In this document: positions 13,904 to 23,665 of the stretch, piece after piece
Position numbering within the stretch: position 1 is the stretch's first letter
Layout: the number at the start of each line of letters is the position of its first letter
Assembly: GCA_030586555.1 (NCBI GenBank)
Contig: JAURAC010000026.1
Location: 1 to 49,498, forward strand
Direction of reading: 5' to 3'
Length of the DNA stretch: 49,498 nt
DNA from: Candidatus Subterrananammoxibius californiae
Lineage (GTDB): Bacteria; Planctomycetota; Brocadiia; Brocadiales; Subterrananammoxibiaceae
Position numbers and translations under genes: made by a program
Notes under the pieces: generated by a model
Seen by the model: only the letters and a program-made list of their open reading frames with translations
Databases searched by the model: none
What the model was told of the DNA's origin: nothing

Positions 13904-14527
13904 TCATTTTACTAAATCCTCTAAATTCCTTTTTATTTCCCACCTGCCACCCCCCTCTCTACCCCCCTCTCCACCCCCCTCTCCTTCTTTCTTTATACAA
14001 TCGAGAAGTTCTGATCCACAACCCACCATACACTCATTGCAAATTCTACAGCATTTCTCAATACAATCGTAATACTTTTGTTGGCATGATTTTTCTGGTG
14101 CATCATTCTTGAAGGTCGTTCTAGATTCATCTAATTGTCCAGTCATAATTTGTTTATCCATAACCTTTGCTTTACTTCTCAGTCTTTCGAAGACACTCCC
14201 ATGTGAAACAGTCGCTAATTTAAAGGCTTTTATTGCCCCTGCTTTGGCCGCTTCATCTTTTGCATCAAAAAAAACCGTTGAATATTCACATATTGCCTGA
14301 TTTAAATCTCTAGCGTCTCTCCGTGTATATAACTTTCTATTTAGAACATCTTCGATTTTTCTTAGTTTAGACGCTAAGATTTCAAATTTTGCTTCCAATG
14401 CTGGAGAAATCACCGCAGGTTTCTGAACAATTCTCCCCTTTTGTTCGGATGGCTCAGCGGCAAAGGTTGCTACACTACTAAATAGAAAGCACATAACAAT
14501 CACTAAAATATAGGTTTTTTTAGACAT
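13904..14527 (-). CDS. Hypothetical secreted protein with Cys-rich C-terminal region
   Basis: Signal peptide, GGAGG RBS, CQQKYYDCIEKCCRICNECMVGC. Confidence 0.75.
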   Translation of the reverse strand: MSKKTYILVIVMCFLFSSVATFAAEPSEQKGRIVQKPAVISPALEAKFEILASKLRKIEDVLNRKLYTRRDARDLNQAICEYSTVFFDAKDEAAKAGAIKAFKLATVSHGSVFERLRSKAKVMDKQIMTGQLDESRTTFKNDAPEKSCQQKYYDCIEKCCRICNECMVGCGSELLDCIKKEGEGGGEGGREGGGRWEIKRNLEDLVK

Positions 14528-14860
14528 CTTCTTTTCCTCCTTTGCACCACATCATAATGAAATTTCATTTAAACTCAATTTATACAATTAGTATCAACTC
14601 CCACCTGCTTTCCACATCAAACTCTTAACTTTAAACCATCAATGCATCACCCCCTTTTTTGGTTTCAATCTCGTTGCAGGGGCAGGGTTACCCTGCCACT
14701 GCAACGCTCTAAAAGGCTATTGGGGAGCAGTATAATACTCCAACCCAAAGACTAAGCAATCTCCTCCCCACCCACTTTCCCCATTAAACTTTCAACTTTG
14801 ACCCCCCTAATAGCATCATCCCACTTTCTTGTTCAACCCCCCCGTAGGTCATCACTCCAC

Positions 14861-15340
14861 TTAAGGTATGTTTAACTTAGGTGGCTTGTAACCTGGTGGA
14901 AGCTTTATAATAACAGGATTGTATACACAGGAAGGCATATAGCAGGATTGAAAATTTTTCCCGAATTCGTTTGGAGCATCAATGGGTGTAAAAAGAAAAC
15001 ACAGATTTTTAAAGTTTCCGGAAGCGTTGTATGTTTGGGCTATTTTGACAACCCTTTTTTCTCCAGCATTAAGCTTTGGGCTGTTTGTTGTGCCAATAGA
15101 TTTATACGCCTCGTCTTCCTTTACACTAAAATCAATACTAAAATCCCCATACGTTGCCTTAGAGGTTGGATTTTCAACCTCTACACTGAAATTCAATGTA
15201 TTGCCGGTTTTAAATGGCGAAGGGGTAACTGTTATCTTTGTAATCTTTAGAGCAGAACTCCCTTGTGCGAAAATTATTGAAGAAAAGGTCATTGTAACCG
15301 TTAATAAACTAATTATCACAAGAACAAACTTTCTATACAT
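14861..15340 (-). CDS. Secreted Ig/CARDB-like small protein
   Basis: Signal peptide, LKITKITVTPSPFKTGNTLNFSVEVEN, AGGAG RBS. Confidence 0.75.
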   Translation of the reverse strand: MYRKFVLVIISLLTVTMTFSSIIFAQGSSALKITKITVTPSPFKTGNTLNFSVEVENPTSKATYGDFSIDFSVKEDEAYKSIGTTNSPKLNAGEKRVVKIAQTYNASGNFKNLCFLFTPIDAPNEFGKNFQSCYMPSCVYNPVIIKLPPGYKPPKLNIP

Positions 15341-15555
15341 TTTAGTTCTCCTTTATTAAATTAATTTACATGACTCTTTATTAAGATACGGACATCAACA
15401 ATCTATAAAGAGCCTTACCCCTTCCTCTACACCTTCTTAAATAAGACTATTTTTATCATACCATCTCCTTTCTTGAATTTGACATTTTCCTTGCTCCTGA
15501 TATATACCCCAAGGATTAGGCTGTGGTTTGGCTGGTTTGCTATTATTCAAGCACT

Positions 15556-16329
15556 TTAGAAAGTTCCAGCAATTGATTTTGAGAGTTCCTGGATTAGTGG
15601 GTTTATTGCTTCTTCAAGTTTGAGATTTGCCTTATTGGCTGTGGAAACAATCCTGGTCTGGTATTTTCTCCAAGTAGAAGTTCGCTGGCTCTGTTGGATG
15701 ATTCTTCTTGTAACGTCAGCCCCCTCGTCTTTAAATCCTTTCTGTTCTACAGTTTCAAAGGTTTGCTCAACAGGTGCTTCTGACCTTTCAGAAATCATTA
15801 AATCGGCGACAATAGTGTACGTAACATCTTTAACCAAACTGCCACTAACATGGTCAGCAACGCCACCGGCGAGTCCTCCTATACCCGCTCCATAAACAAG
15901 TCCCTTTCCACTATCTTCTAAGACAGTGCCTATTAGTCCACCTATATCTGCACCTGAAATGATACTACTAGGCCCTGATGCTAATACTTCTTCTAAAGCT
16001 GTAGGGTCGGCTACGCCTACGTAAAGAATATTGCCTTGCAGGATATAATATGCCTCTTTTGGTGATGATTTAAGAACATAGCCCTTCTGTTGTAATTTTT
16101 GGATGACATAAGGAGCTATATCTATATCTTTGCCAGAGGTGTTTTTTAAAGCCACAAATACAGTTTTTTCTGGTTCACTCTCTATATCTAAAAATATAGT
16201 GTCAGACATTCTTGTTTCTACTTTAAGGTCTTTCTTCTCTAAAGCTATTTGGGTGGCAGCACAACCGCAATTTAAGATTAAAACAGAAAGCAAGAAATGA
16301 AGCAGTGAACTTTTGGCGTGAAAATGCAT
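15556..16329 (-). CDS. traT: TraT-family (complement resistance) lipoprotein
   Basis: Lipobox-like CGC, LKVETRMSDTIFLD, glycine zipper, YQTRIVSTANKANLKLEEA. Confidence 0.88.
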   Translation of the reverse strand: MHFHAKSSLLHFLLSVLILNCGCAATQIALEKKDLKVETRMSDTIFLDIESEPEKTVFVALKNTSGKDIDIAPYVIQKLQQKGYVLKSSPKEAYYILQGNILYVGVADPTALEEVLASGPSSIISGADIGGLIGTVLEDSGKGLVYGAGIGGLAGGVADHVSGSLVKDVTYTIVADLMISERSEAPVEQTFETVEQKGFKDEGADVTRRIIQQSQRTSTWRKYQTRIVSTANKANLKLEEAINPLIQELSKSIAGTF

Positions 16330-16354
16330 TTGTTGAAAGCCCTCCTAAAGTCTT

Positions 16355-17356
16355 TTATTCGAAAAAGACCCCCATTTTGCGGTATTTTTTGTAGCGCATT
16401 TCCAAGAGTTTGTCAAGAGGAATCTTTGAGATTTCATCAATTTGTCGAATAATAGTCTCTTTTAAGGTCTTTGCCATTTCCTGAGGGTTTGTATGGGCTC
16501 CACAGGGTGGTTCTGGCATTATTTCGTCAACAACACCTAATTCAAGGAGGTCTTTAGCGGTCAATTTTAAGGCATCCGCCGCCTCCGGTGCATTTGCGCT
16601 ATCTTTCCAGAGGATTGCTGAGCAGCCTTCGGGAGAAATTACAGAATAATAGGCATATTGCAGGATGGACAGCCTGTCGCAAACCCCTATTCCTAATGCC
16701 CCGCCACTTCCGCCTTCTCCTATTACAATGCTGATTATCGGGGTCTTTAATCTGCTCATCTCAAGGATGTTTTCTGCGATGGCATGTGCCTGGCCACGCT
16801 CTTCTGCGCCAATATCTGGGTTCGCACCAGGGGTATCAATTAATGTGATGACCGGCAAGTGAAACCTTTCTGCAAGTTTCATCTTATGTAAAGCTTTTCG
16901 ATAGCCTTCGGGATTGGGCATACCGAAGTTATATGCAATGCGTTCCTTGGTACTTTTACCCTTTTGTTGGCCAATTAAAAGTATTTCTTTGCCTCCTGTT
17001 TTGCCGAGACCGCAAACAATTGCCTTATCATCGCCAAAATGCCTGTCGCCGTGAAGTTCAACAAAATCATCAACCATCAAGTTTATATAATCAATGGTTA
17101 ATGGCCTGAGAGGATTACGGGATATCTTAACAATCCCGTAGGGGGTGAGGTTTGTATCAAAGACCTTTTGCAATAGTTCCTTTTCATGCGCAAGTCGTTT
17201 TATTTGATAAGATGGTTCTATTTGTCCCACCTCGGTGGGCGTGTTTTTCAGCTTTTGTATGCGTTGTTCAAGTTCGAATATAGAGGCCTCAATATCTGAA
17301 ACATCTATATTATTTTTTGCTGTAACCTGCCCTGTGCCCCTTAACCTTTCAAGCAT
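16355..17356 (-). CDS. accA: Acetyl-CoA carboxylase carboxyltransferase alpha subunit
   Basis: ELHGDRHFGDD, FGMPNPEGYRKA, IGEGGSGGAL, YSVISPEGC. Confidence 0.97.
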   Translation of the reverse strand: MLERLRGTGQVTAKNNIDVSDIEASIFELEQRIQKLKNTPTEVGQIEPSYQIKRLAHEKELLQKVFDTNLTPYGIVKISRNPLRPLTIDYINLMVDDFVELHGDRHFGDDKAIVCGLGKTGGKEILLIGQQKGKSTKERIAYNFGMPNPEGYRKALHKMKLAERFHLPVITLIDTPGANPDIGAEERGQAHAIAENILEMSRLKTPIISIVIGEGGSGGALGIGVCDRLSILQYAYYSVISPEGCSAILWKDSANAPEAADALKLTAKDLLELGVVDEIMPEPPCGAHTNPQEMAKTLKETIIRQIDEISKIPLDKLLEMRYKKYRKMGVFFE

Positions 17357-17720
17357 ACGTCTTCCCTATGCGAATTTTAGATTTTAGATTTCAGATTAAA
17401 AAATTATGCAATCCCCCATCCGTCTGGGGCGGATGTGATTACTAAAAATTATCCTCAGAAACCTGCCTTTGTCAAGCCAAATTTTCTTAAGTTATTTCTT
17501 TATCTTTCCAAAGTCTTTTTCTTATACACGTTGTACACTTGATAATCTAATAACATGGTCTGTTTGTCTATTGATAGTTTTTACTGCTGATTTTTTTCTT
17601 GTAACATCTTCAGGTAAATGCTATAACAATTTAACCTCTCATCGAATCGGTACCTTTCTCACAATAAGCCTTTGACAAAACCTTGTTTTGTTCTGTGCAA
17701 GCATGATGGCGATTCAAAGA

Positions 17721-19475
17721 ATGGCAGAAGAAATACTTACTTCTTTTACAAACATTAAACACAATGGCGTGGAGTGGACAATACGAAGCGAATATCTAAC
17801 GCCTATAATGAACGAATTTGTAGAGACGCAAAATCTTGCGTCTCTACATGGCCAGGCGATAGTGGGCAAAGGCGTCAAAATCATAAAGTCAAACAAGGCA
17901 AGAACAACCCTTTCTGCCCCTTTTGTTAATGGGCAAAGGGTCGTAGTTAAGAGGTATCATGACAAGGGTTGGCTTGAAAGAATAAAGTATCTTTTTCGCC
18001 CATCACGCGCAAAAGCAGAGTGGGATATGATGAATGCATTGCTGGATAAAGGGATTTCAACTTGCATCCCATTAGCCTATGGAGAAAGGAGACGGTTGGG
18101 TTTTCTTGTGGAGGGGAGCCTTATTGTTAAGGAAATCCCAAATTGTCTCTCCTTTCAAGCCTACATTAAACAGTATTGTTCTGGGACGCTATCTAAGGAG
18201 AAAGTTTTACTAAAGAGGATATTGCTTAAGAAACTGGCGGACTTTATCAAACATATCCATGAGAATAATATAGACCACGGGGATTTCCATGGGGATAATA
18301 TCCTTCTAACAGAAATAGATTCGGATAACCCTGGTTTTCATCTTATTGACCTTCACAAGGCAAGGATTTGCAGGAGGTTGTCTTTGCGGCGAAGGATAGA
18401 TGACCTTGCTCGCATAATCGACATTGATACGCCAAAGAACCCACTTTCTAAAACGGATTGTTTGAGACTCATAAAGCATTATAAGACTTTTGGTGATAAA
18501 AAAGACTTTAAGCGTTTTGCTTCAAAGGTGCTCAACAGGGCTGAAATACATAGGAATAAACGTACAAAGAGTTCAACAAGATGGTGCTTAAAGTTGAGCG
18601 ATGTCTTTTCAATCTACAAGACAAAGGACATAAAAATTTATTATCGTAAGGAGTACAAACTTGCTGACATTCTCGACTTATTGAAAAGAATTGCAAACTA
18701 CCCGGAAAACGGAAAGTGCCGTATATTGAAGCGTTCATCAAAGTCTGTAGTATTCTTAGAAGAGATTCCATTAAGGGGGTGGCCAAAAAAGGTTGTTGCA
18801 AAATATAATTTTTATCGTGGTTTCTTTGATATGCTAAAGAAAACATTTATTGGTACAAGGTCCAGAAAGGCATGGATTGCAGCCAACGGTCTTATCATAA
18901 GAGGCATAGCTACACCGCAACCTATCGCCCTTATTGAAAAAAAGTACTTTGGTTTTACACGGGATAATCTCTTACTCACAGAGTATATTGATGGCTCACT
19001 GCATGTAAATGACTACGTATCGAAATATTTTAACAATAATCCTTCTGCCTCAGGCGGATTAGAAATGATTAAGAAAAAAAGATTCTTTATAGAGGAACTT
19101 GCAAGATTGGTTAAATCATTCCATGACACAGGGTTTTATCATTACGACCTTTGTGGGGTAAATATTCTTGTTAAGGAAGGGTCCGCCTCAGGCGGAGAAA
19201 ATTGGGAGATGTTCATTATCGACCTTGACTCGGTATCTTTGTGGAAGAAATTGACTCTTAAAAGACGGTTAAAAACTCTATCCCAGATTAATGGTAGCTT
19301 CGACTGTATAACGAACACCGATAGGGTGAGATTCTTCAAGACATATTTTGGCAGTCTTCCACCGAAGGCGCATGAATATATTAGAGAGATAGCTAAGCAT
19401 GCAGAGGTGAGAAGGCTTCGAAAGCTTAGACGGAAGCGTAATCGCCCCATTTATGGAACTCGATGGATTGGATAA
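17721..19475 (+). CDS. Lipopolysaccharide kinase (Kdo/WaaP family), two tandem kinase domains
   Basis: HGDFHGDNILL..LIDL and HYDLCGVNILV..IIDLD; start uncertain (17688-17721). Confidence 0.85.
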   Translation: MAEEILTSFTNIKHNGVEWTIRSEYLTPIMNEFVETQNLASLHGQAIVGKGVKIIKSNKARTTLSAPFVNGQRVVVKRYHDKGWLERIKYLFRPSRAKAEWDMMNALLDKGISTCIPLAYGERRRLGFLVEGSLIVKEIPNCLSFQAYIKQYCSGTLSKEKVLLKRILLKKLADFIKHIHENNIDHGDFHGDNILLTEIDSDNPGFHLIDLHKARICRRLSLRRRIDDLARIIDIDTPKNPLSKTDCLRLIKHYKTFGDKKDFKRFASKVLNRAEIHRNKRTKSSTRWCLKLSDVFSIYKTKDIKIYYRKEYKLADILDLLKRIANYPENGKCRILKRSSKSVVFLEEIPLRGWPKKVVAKYNFYRGFFDMLKKTFIGTRSRKAWIAANGLIIRGIATPQPIALIEKKYFGFTRDNLLLTEYIDGSLHVNDYVSKYFNNNPSASGGLEMIKKKRFFIEELARLVKSFHDTGFYHYDLCGVNILVKEGSASGGENWEMFIIDLDSVSLWKKLTLKRRLKTLSQINGSFDCITNTDRVRFFKTYFGSLPPKAHEYIREIAKHAEVRRLRKLRRKRNRPIYGTRWIG

Positions 19476-20596
19476 CTACAATCATGCACACAAGCAGGAC
19501 AGTCCAATTGAAAACCTTACACATAGACACAGAGAGGACATGGAGGGGCGGGGAACAGCAGACTATTTTTCTTGTAAAAGGCCTTATTAAGCTTGGACAT
19601 GCAGCGACAATAGTATGTCCGCCAGATAGTCCTTTAGCGCTTAAGGCTAAAGAGGCACAAATAGAAACACAAGAACTAAAAATGAGGGGCGAAGCTGATA
19701 TAATAGCTATCCTTAAATTGGCTTTTCTACTAAATCAAAGTACTTACGATATCGTACACATGCACACGTCCCATGCGCATACACTCGGTGTATTAGCTGT
19801 ACTATTTTCAGGAGTAAGAGCAAAGAGGGTTGTTTCAAGGAGGGTTGACTTCAGCATTAAGAAGCACTACACAAGTCATTTAAAATATCTCTGGGGGGTG
19901 GACAGGTACATTGCAGTCTCTAATGCTATTAAGGATGTTCTAATAAAGGATGGTATCCCTTCCGAGAAAATAGCTGTGGTGCACGACGGAATTGATTTAA
20001 GCAGGTTTAACGGCATATCAGGGGATTACTTAAGGCAAGAATTTAGTGTTAATCCTTCAACCTTTATTATAGGCAACGTTGCCCACCTCGCAGACCATAA
20101 GGGACATCAATATTTAATAAAGTCAATATCCTATGTGTTAAAAGAATTTCCCGATGTGAAATTTTTTATCGTAGGAGATGGAGAATTGCGAAGCCCTTTA
20201 AAGGAGCTGGCAAACAAATTAAACTTAAATGATAAGTTAATATTTACTGGCTTTCGGAATGACGTTCCACAATTTCTGAAATTTTTTGACCTCTTTGTAT
20301 TATCTTCTCATTTAGAGGGCCTTTGTAGTGCGTTACTTGAGGCTCTGGCTATGCGAAAGCCTGTTGTGGCAACTGCAGCGGGCGGCGTTCCTGAAATTAT
20401 TGAAGACGGGGTAAATGGTATACTTGTACCCACCAAGAATCCAGAGGCGCTTGCAGCTGGCATAATCAGCATGGTCCGTGATGGAGATAAGGCAAAAAAG
20501 ATGGGTGAAAACGGCAGGCAAACTGTTGAAGCAAGATTTAGTGTTGAAAAAATGGTTAGCGAAACAGTGGATATTTATGAGGAAGTAATGCAGTGA
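19463..20596 (+). CDS. Glycosyltransferase family 4
   Basis: WRGGEQQ, HKGHQYLI, EGLCSALLEA; start may be 19484. Confidence 0.92.
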   Translation: MDWITTIMHTSRTVQLKTLHIDTERTWRGGEQQTIFLVKGLIKLGHAATIVCPPDSPLALKAKEAQIETQELKMRGEADIIAILKLAFLLNQSTYDIVHMHTSHAHTLGVLAVLFSGVRAKRVVSRRVDFSIKKHYTSHLKYLWGVDRYIAVSNAIKDVLIKDGIPSEKIAVVHDGIDLSRFNGISGDYLRQEFSVNPSTFIIGNVAHLADHKGHQYLIKSISYVLKEFPDVKFFIVGDGELRSPLKELANKLNLNDKLIFTGFRNDVPQFLKFFDLFVLSSHLEGLCSALLEALAMRKPVVATAAGGVPEIIEDGVNGILVPTKNPEALAAGIISMVRDGDKAKKMGENGRQTVEARFSVEKMVSETVDIYEEVMQ

Positions 20597-20629
20597 TTAA
20601 AAGGACATAAAACAAGAATGATTTGAGCA

Positions 20630-21325
20630 ATGAGAATAAATGAGATAAAAAACTTGGTTGATAAAGTCGATGGTTGGTTAACTCATAAAGAGGGAGAGTT
20701 ACTTTACAAGCTCGCAAAAAATTGCACTGGAGAAGGTGTCATTGTTGAAATTGGTTCGTGGCAAGGAAAATCGACAATATGGTTAGGTAGGGGTTCCAAA
20801 AAGGGGAACAAGATCAAGATTTACGCAATTGATCCGCATACAGGGGCGTCTGAACATAAAGAAAGGTACGGAAGGGTTTGGACTTTTGAAGAGTTTAAAA
20901 AGAATATTAAATATGCGAAAGTTGATGATATAACGATTCCCATTGTCGAAACCTCAGAGGTAGCAGCCAAGAATTTTAATGAACCCGTTGAGTTAATCTT
21001 TATAGACGGCGCTCATGAATACGAGCTTGTAAAATTAGATTTCGAGTTATGGTTCCCCAAAGTAATAGATGGTGGAATTATGGCTTTTCACGATACAAGG
21101 GGGCAACATGGACCAGCAAAGGTCGTCGAAGAATTGGTGTATAAATCAAACAATTTCAGGAATGTTAAATTTGTAGATACAATTACCTTTGCTGAGAAGG
21201 TAAGACAAAATTCCATGATAGACAGGATTAGCAATAGATACATTCTTTTATTGAAGAAGCTATACAGGTTTGCACGTAAATTACATTTAATAAAAAAAAC
21301 AACAAATGATGCTCCTATAAAATAG
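20630..21325 (+). CDS. Class I SAM-dependent methyltransferase (Methyltransf_24-like)
   Basis: IVEIGSWQGKST, LIFIDGAHEYE, AFHD. Confidence 0.9.
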   Translation: MRINEIKNLVDKVDGWLTHKEGELLYKLAKNCTGEGVIVEIGSWQGKSTIWLGRGSKKGNKIKIYAIDPHTGASEHKERYGRVWTFEEFKKNIKYAKVDDITIPIVETSEVAAKNFNEPVELIFIDGAHEYELVKLDFELWFPKVIDGGIMAFHDTRGQHGPAKVVEELVYKSNNFRNVKFVDTITFAEKVRQNSMIDRISNRYILLLKKLYRFARKLHLIKKTTNDAPIK

Positions 21326-21345
21326 ACGTGCAAAGTTGAAGTAAT

Positions 21346-22500
21346 ATGAAGTTGAAAAGGGTCATATACGTTACAAGACTCTCCATACCTAAAAAGGGCC
21401 CTCGTTCTATACAGATTTTGAGGAACTGTGTTGCCTTAGCAGCGCAAAATATTGAAGTATTTCTATTCGTTAAGAGCAACACGTTTCCCAATATGGAGTC
21501 GCTTTGTCTGTACTATGGCTTACAAACGCCACAAAATTTGCGTATCAAAACATTACCTTTATTGTTGACATTCTCTCCATTCCTTATAGCCCTTTTTGTA
21601 AGTATAAAAACCATTTTAGGGGGAAAGAATATTGCGTCTTTTTATGTAAGGGATTACACACTGGCAAAATATATTATAAGGCTAAAGTGGCTTCATCATA
21701 TACCTGTTTTTTTTGAGGTACACGGGGCACCTCGTGTGTCTGATGGAAATATAATGATTGTGAATAAAGAAAGCAGGAACCGCAGTAAGCCTAAATCAAT
21801 AGATTTCGTTCTTAAAAATTCGGATGGTTTGATTTGTGCCTTCAAGGAGATAGAAGATTTCTTACTTAATAACCATGTTAGAACGCCAATGTTCTTTGCC
21901 TGGTTTGGAACGGAGCCTAACAAGGAGTTCTGTTATGATTTTTCTTCAAGAAGAGGGATTTATTATGTTGGTAGTTTCTCAAGAAGCTATAGTCCTGAAT
22001 TGTTTATTGAGGCAATGAAGTACGTAAGGGACGAAAAACTTATTTTAATAGGGGGATACAGCGAAGAAGAAATCTCTTATGTAAAGAATTATGCTAAGAA
22101 GGGTGGAGTATTTGATAGGATAGTTTTCAAAGACTATATTCCGCCCGCAGAAGTTAGCACTCACCTAAAGCAAGCTAAGGTAGCTATATCGTTGTGGGCT
22201 GGACTGAAGCTTACCGATTATTTTTCTAACGGATTACCTGTTGTAGCATGCGGAGACCCTGGCAAAGGTATTTTGCGGGATAACGATAACTGCATACTTT
22301 TCCAACCCAAAGACCCCAAATCCCTTGCCAGTGCAATTAACAAGATACTCGATAATCCTGCACTTGCTGAAATCTTAGCAAGGAATGCCTACGGGAGTGC
22401 ACAAGAATATAGCTGGTGCAGAAGGGCGGAAAAGATAGTAAATTTCATAGAAAGCAATATCGTTAATTTAAACCAAAGGATTCAAAGCAGAATAACATGA
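21346..22500 (+). CDS. Glycosyltransferase family 4
   Basis: GT-B features, FFEVH, GLPVVA; paralog of the next gene. Confidence 0.85.
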   Translation: MKLKRVIYVTRLSIPKKGPRSIQILRNCVALAAQNIEVFLFVKSNTFPNMESLCLYYGLQTPQNLRIKTLPLLLTFSPFLIALFVSIKTILGGKNIASFYVRDYTLAKYIIRLKWLHHIPVFFEVHGAPRVSDGNIMIVNKESRNRSKPKSIDFVLKNSDGLICAFKEIEDFLLNNHVRTPMFFAWFGTEPNKEFCYDFSSRRGIYYVGSFSRSYSPELFIEAMKYVRDEKLILIGGYSEEEISYVKNYAKKGGVFDRIVFKDYIPPAEVSTHLKQAKVAISLWAGLKLTDYFSNGLPVVACGDPGKGILRDNDNCILFQPKDPKSLASAINKILDNPALAEILARNAYGSAQEYSWCRRAEKIVNFIESNIVNLNQRIQSRIT

Positions 22501-23606
22501 AATTAGAAAAGATTGTGTATGTTACGAGACTAACTATTCCCAAAAAAGGTCCCCGCTCCTTGCAGGTTGTAAAGAACTGCGTAGCGTTGGCTAATCAAAA
22601 TATTGATGTTGAGTTGTTCGTAAAAAGGAATAATTTTATAGATGCAGAAGAGTTTTTTAATTATTACGGATTACGAATACCCGGAACATTGAAGATTAAA
22701 ACTATACCTGTTATGTTCTATTTTTCAAGACTTGGTATAGCTTTATTTATGGCAGCTAAATTTCTTTTCAAGAAAGGTTGTACGGTCTTTTATTTGAGGG
22801 ATTATAAGCTGGCTAAAGTAATAATCAGTTTAAGTTGGCTTCACAGGAATCCTGTTTTCTTTGAATCGCATCAGGCATTGCCAGACTATGATGGTAAGCC
22901 AAGGGTTATGTCTGCGGATAAACGGTCTACAGTAAACTATGTCCACAGAAAAGCAAATGGTCTAATATTTCTGTATGATGAGACAAAAAGCTACGTTTAT
23001 AATAACGGCACAAGAACACCAGCCATCTTTGCCTGGCACGGTACAGAACCTGATGATAATCTCGATTATTCTTTCCCCTCGAGAAACGGAATCTACTATG
23101 TGGGAAACTTCTCTCAAAGAAAATACAAGATTGAAATCCTTTTAGAAGCAATGAAATATGTTGAGACAGAAAAACTCATTTTGATAGGAGGACACAGGCA
23201 AGAAGATATTTCGAGGCTAAAGCATTGTGCAAAAGACTTCTCAGTTTTAGAAAAGGTAGAATTTAAAGGTTATGTTCCACCCGGGGAGATAAAAATTTAC
23301 TTAAGGTCTGCAAAGGTGGTTGTTTCCCTTATGTGGGGTTCAAAACTTTCTAACTATGCGTCAAACGGTCTACCAATTATAGTCCCTGATATGGCTATTG
23401 TTAAAGAGGTGTTTCGTGATGGTGAAAATTGCGCTATGTTTCAACTAAACGACGCAAGGTCATTGGCTGGAGCAATAAACAGGACGTTGAATAACCCCAT
23501 TTTTGCAGAAAAGCTGGCAAGAAATGCGCATGAGACTGCCGGAAAATACACATGGCAGAAAAGGGCCGATAAAATAATAAATTTTATTGAAAACCATATA
23601 AACTGA
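22497..23606 (+). CDS. Glycosyltransferase family 4 (tandem paralog)
   Basis: Shares YVTRL.IPKKGPRS with the previous gene; YTWQKRA. Confidence 0.85.
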   Translation: MKLEKIVYVTRLTIPKKGPRSLQVVKNCVALANQNIDVELFVKRNNFIDAEEFFNYYGLRIPGTLKIKTIPVMFYFSRLGIALFMAAKFLFKKGCTVFYLRDYKLAKVIISLSWLHRNPVFFESHQALPDYDGKPRVMSADKRSTVNYVHRKANGLIFLYDETKSYVYNNGTRTPAIFAWHGTEPDDNLDYSFPSRNGIYYVGNFSQRKYKIEILLEAMKYVETEKLILIGGHRQEDISRLKHCAKDFSVLEKVEFKGYVPPGEIKIYLRSAKVVVSLMWGSKLSNYASNGLPIIVPDMAIVKEVFRDGENCAMFQLNDARSLAGAINRTLNNPIFAEKLARNAHETAGKYTWQKRADKIINFIENHIN

Positions 23607-23665
23607 AAATAACAGTCATATCAACCACAGACAATTTATCTTTTGCATTTTCTAAGGAAAGAGAA

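Larger units (their letters stand above)
8682..16432. mobile_element. Putative integrated unit 2 (~7.75 kb) supplying the present accA 3' end
   Basis: Bounded by AGCAAGGTAAAA (8687-8698) and the functional accA end; cargo is secreted proteins; no integrase. Confidence 0.65.

Noticed and set aside
13549..15140. Paralog pair as a possible DGR
   Set aside because: Too diverged, with indels and all substitution types
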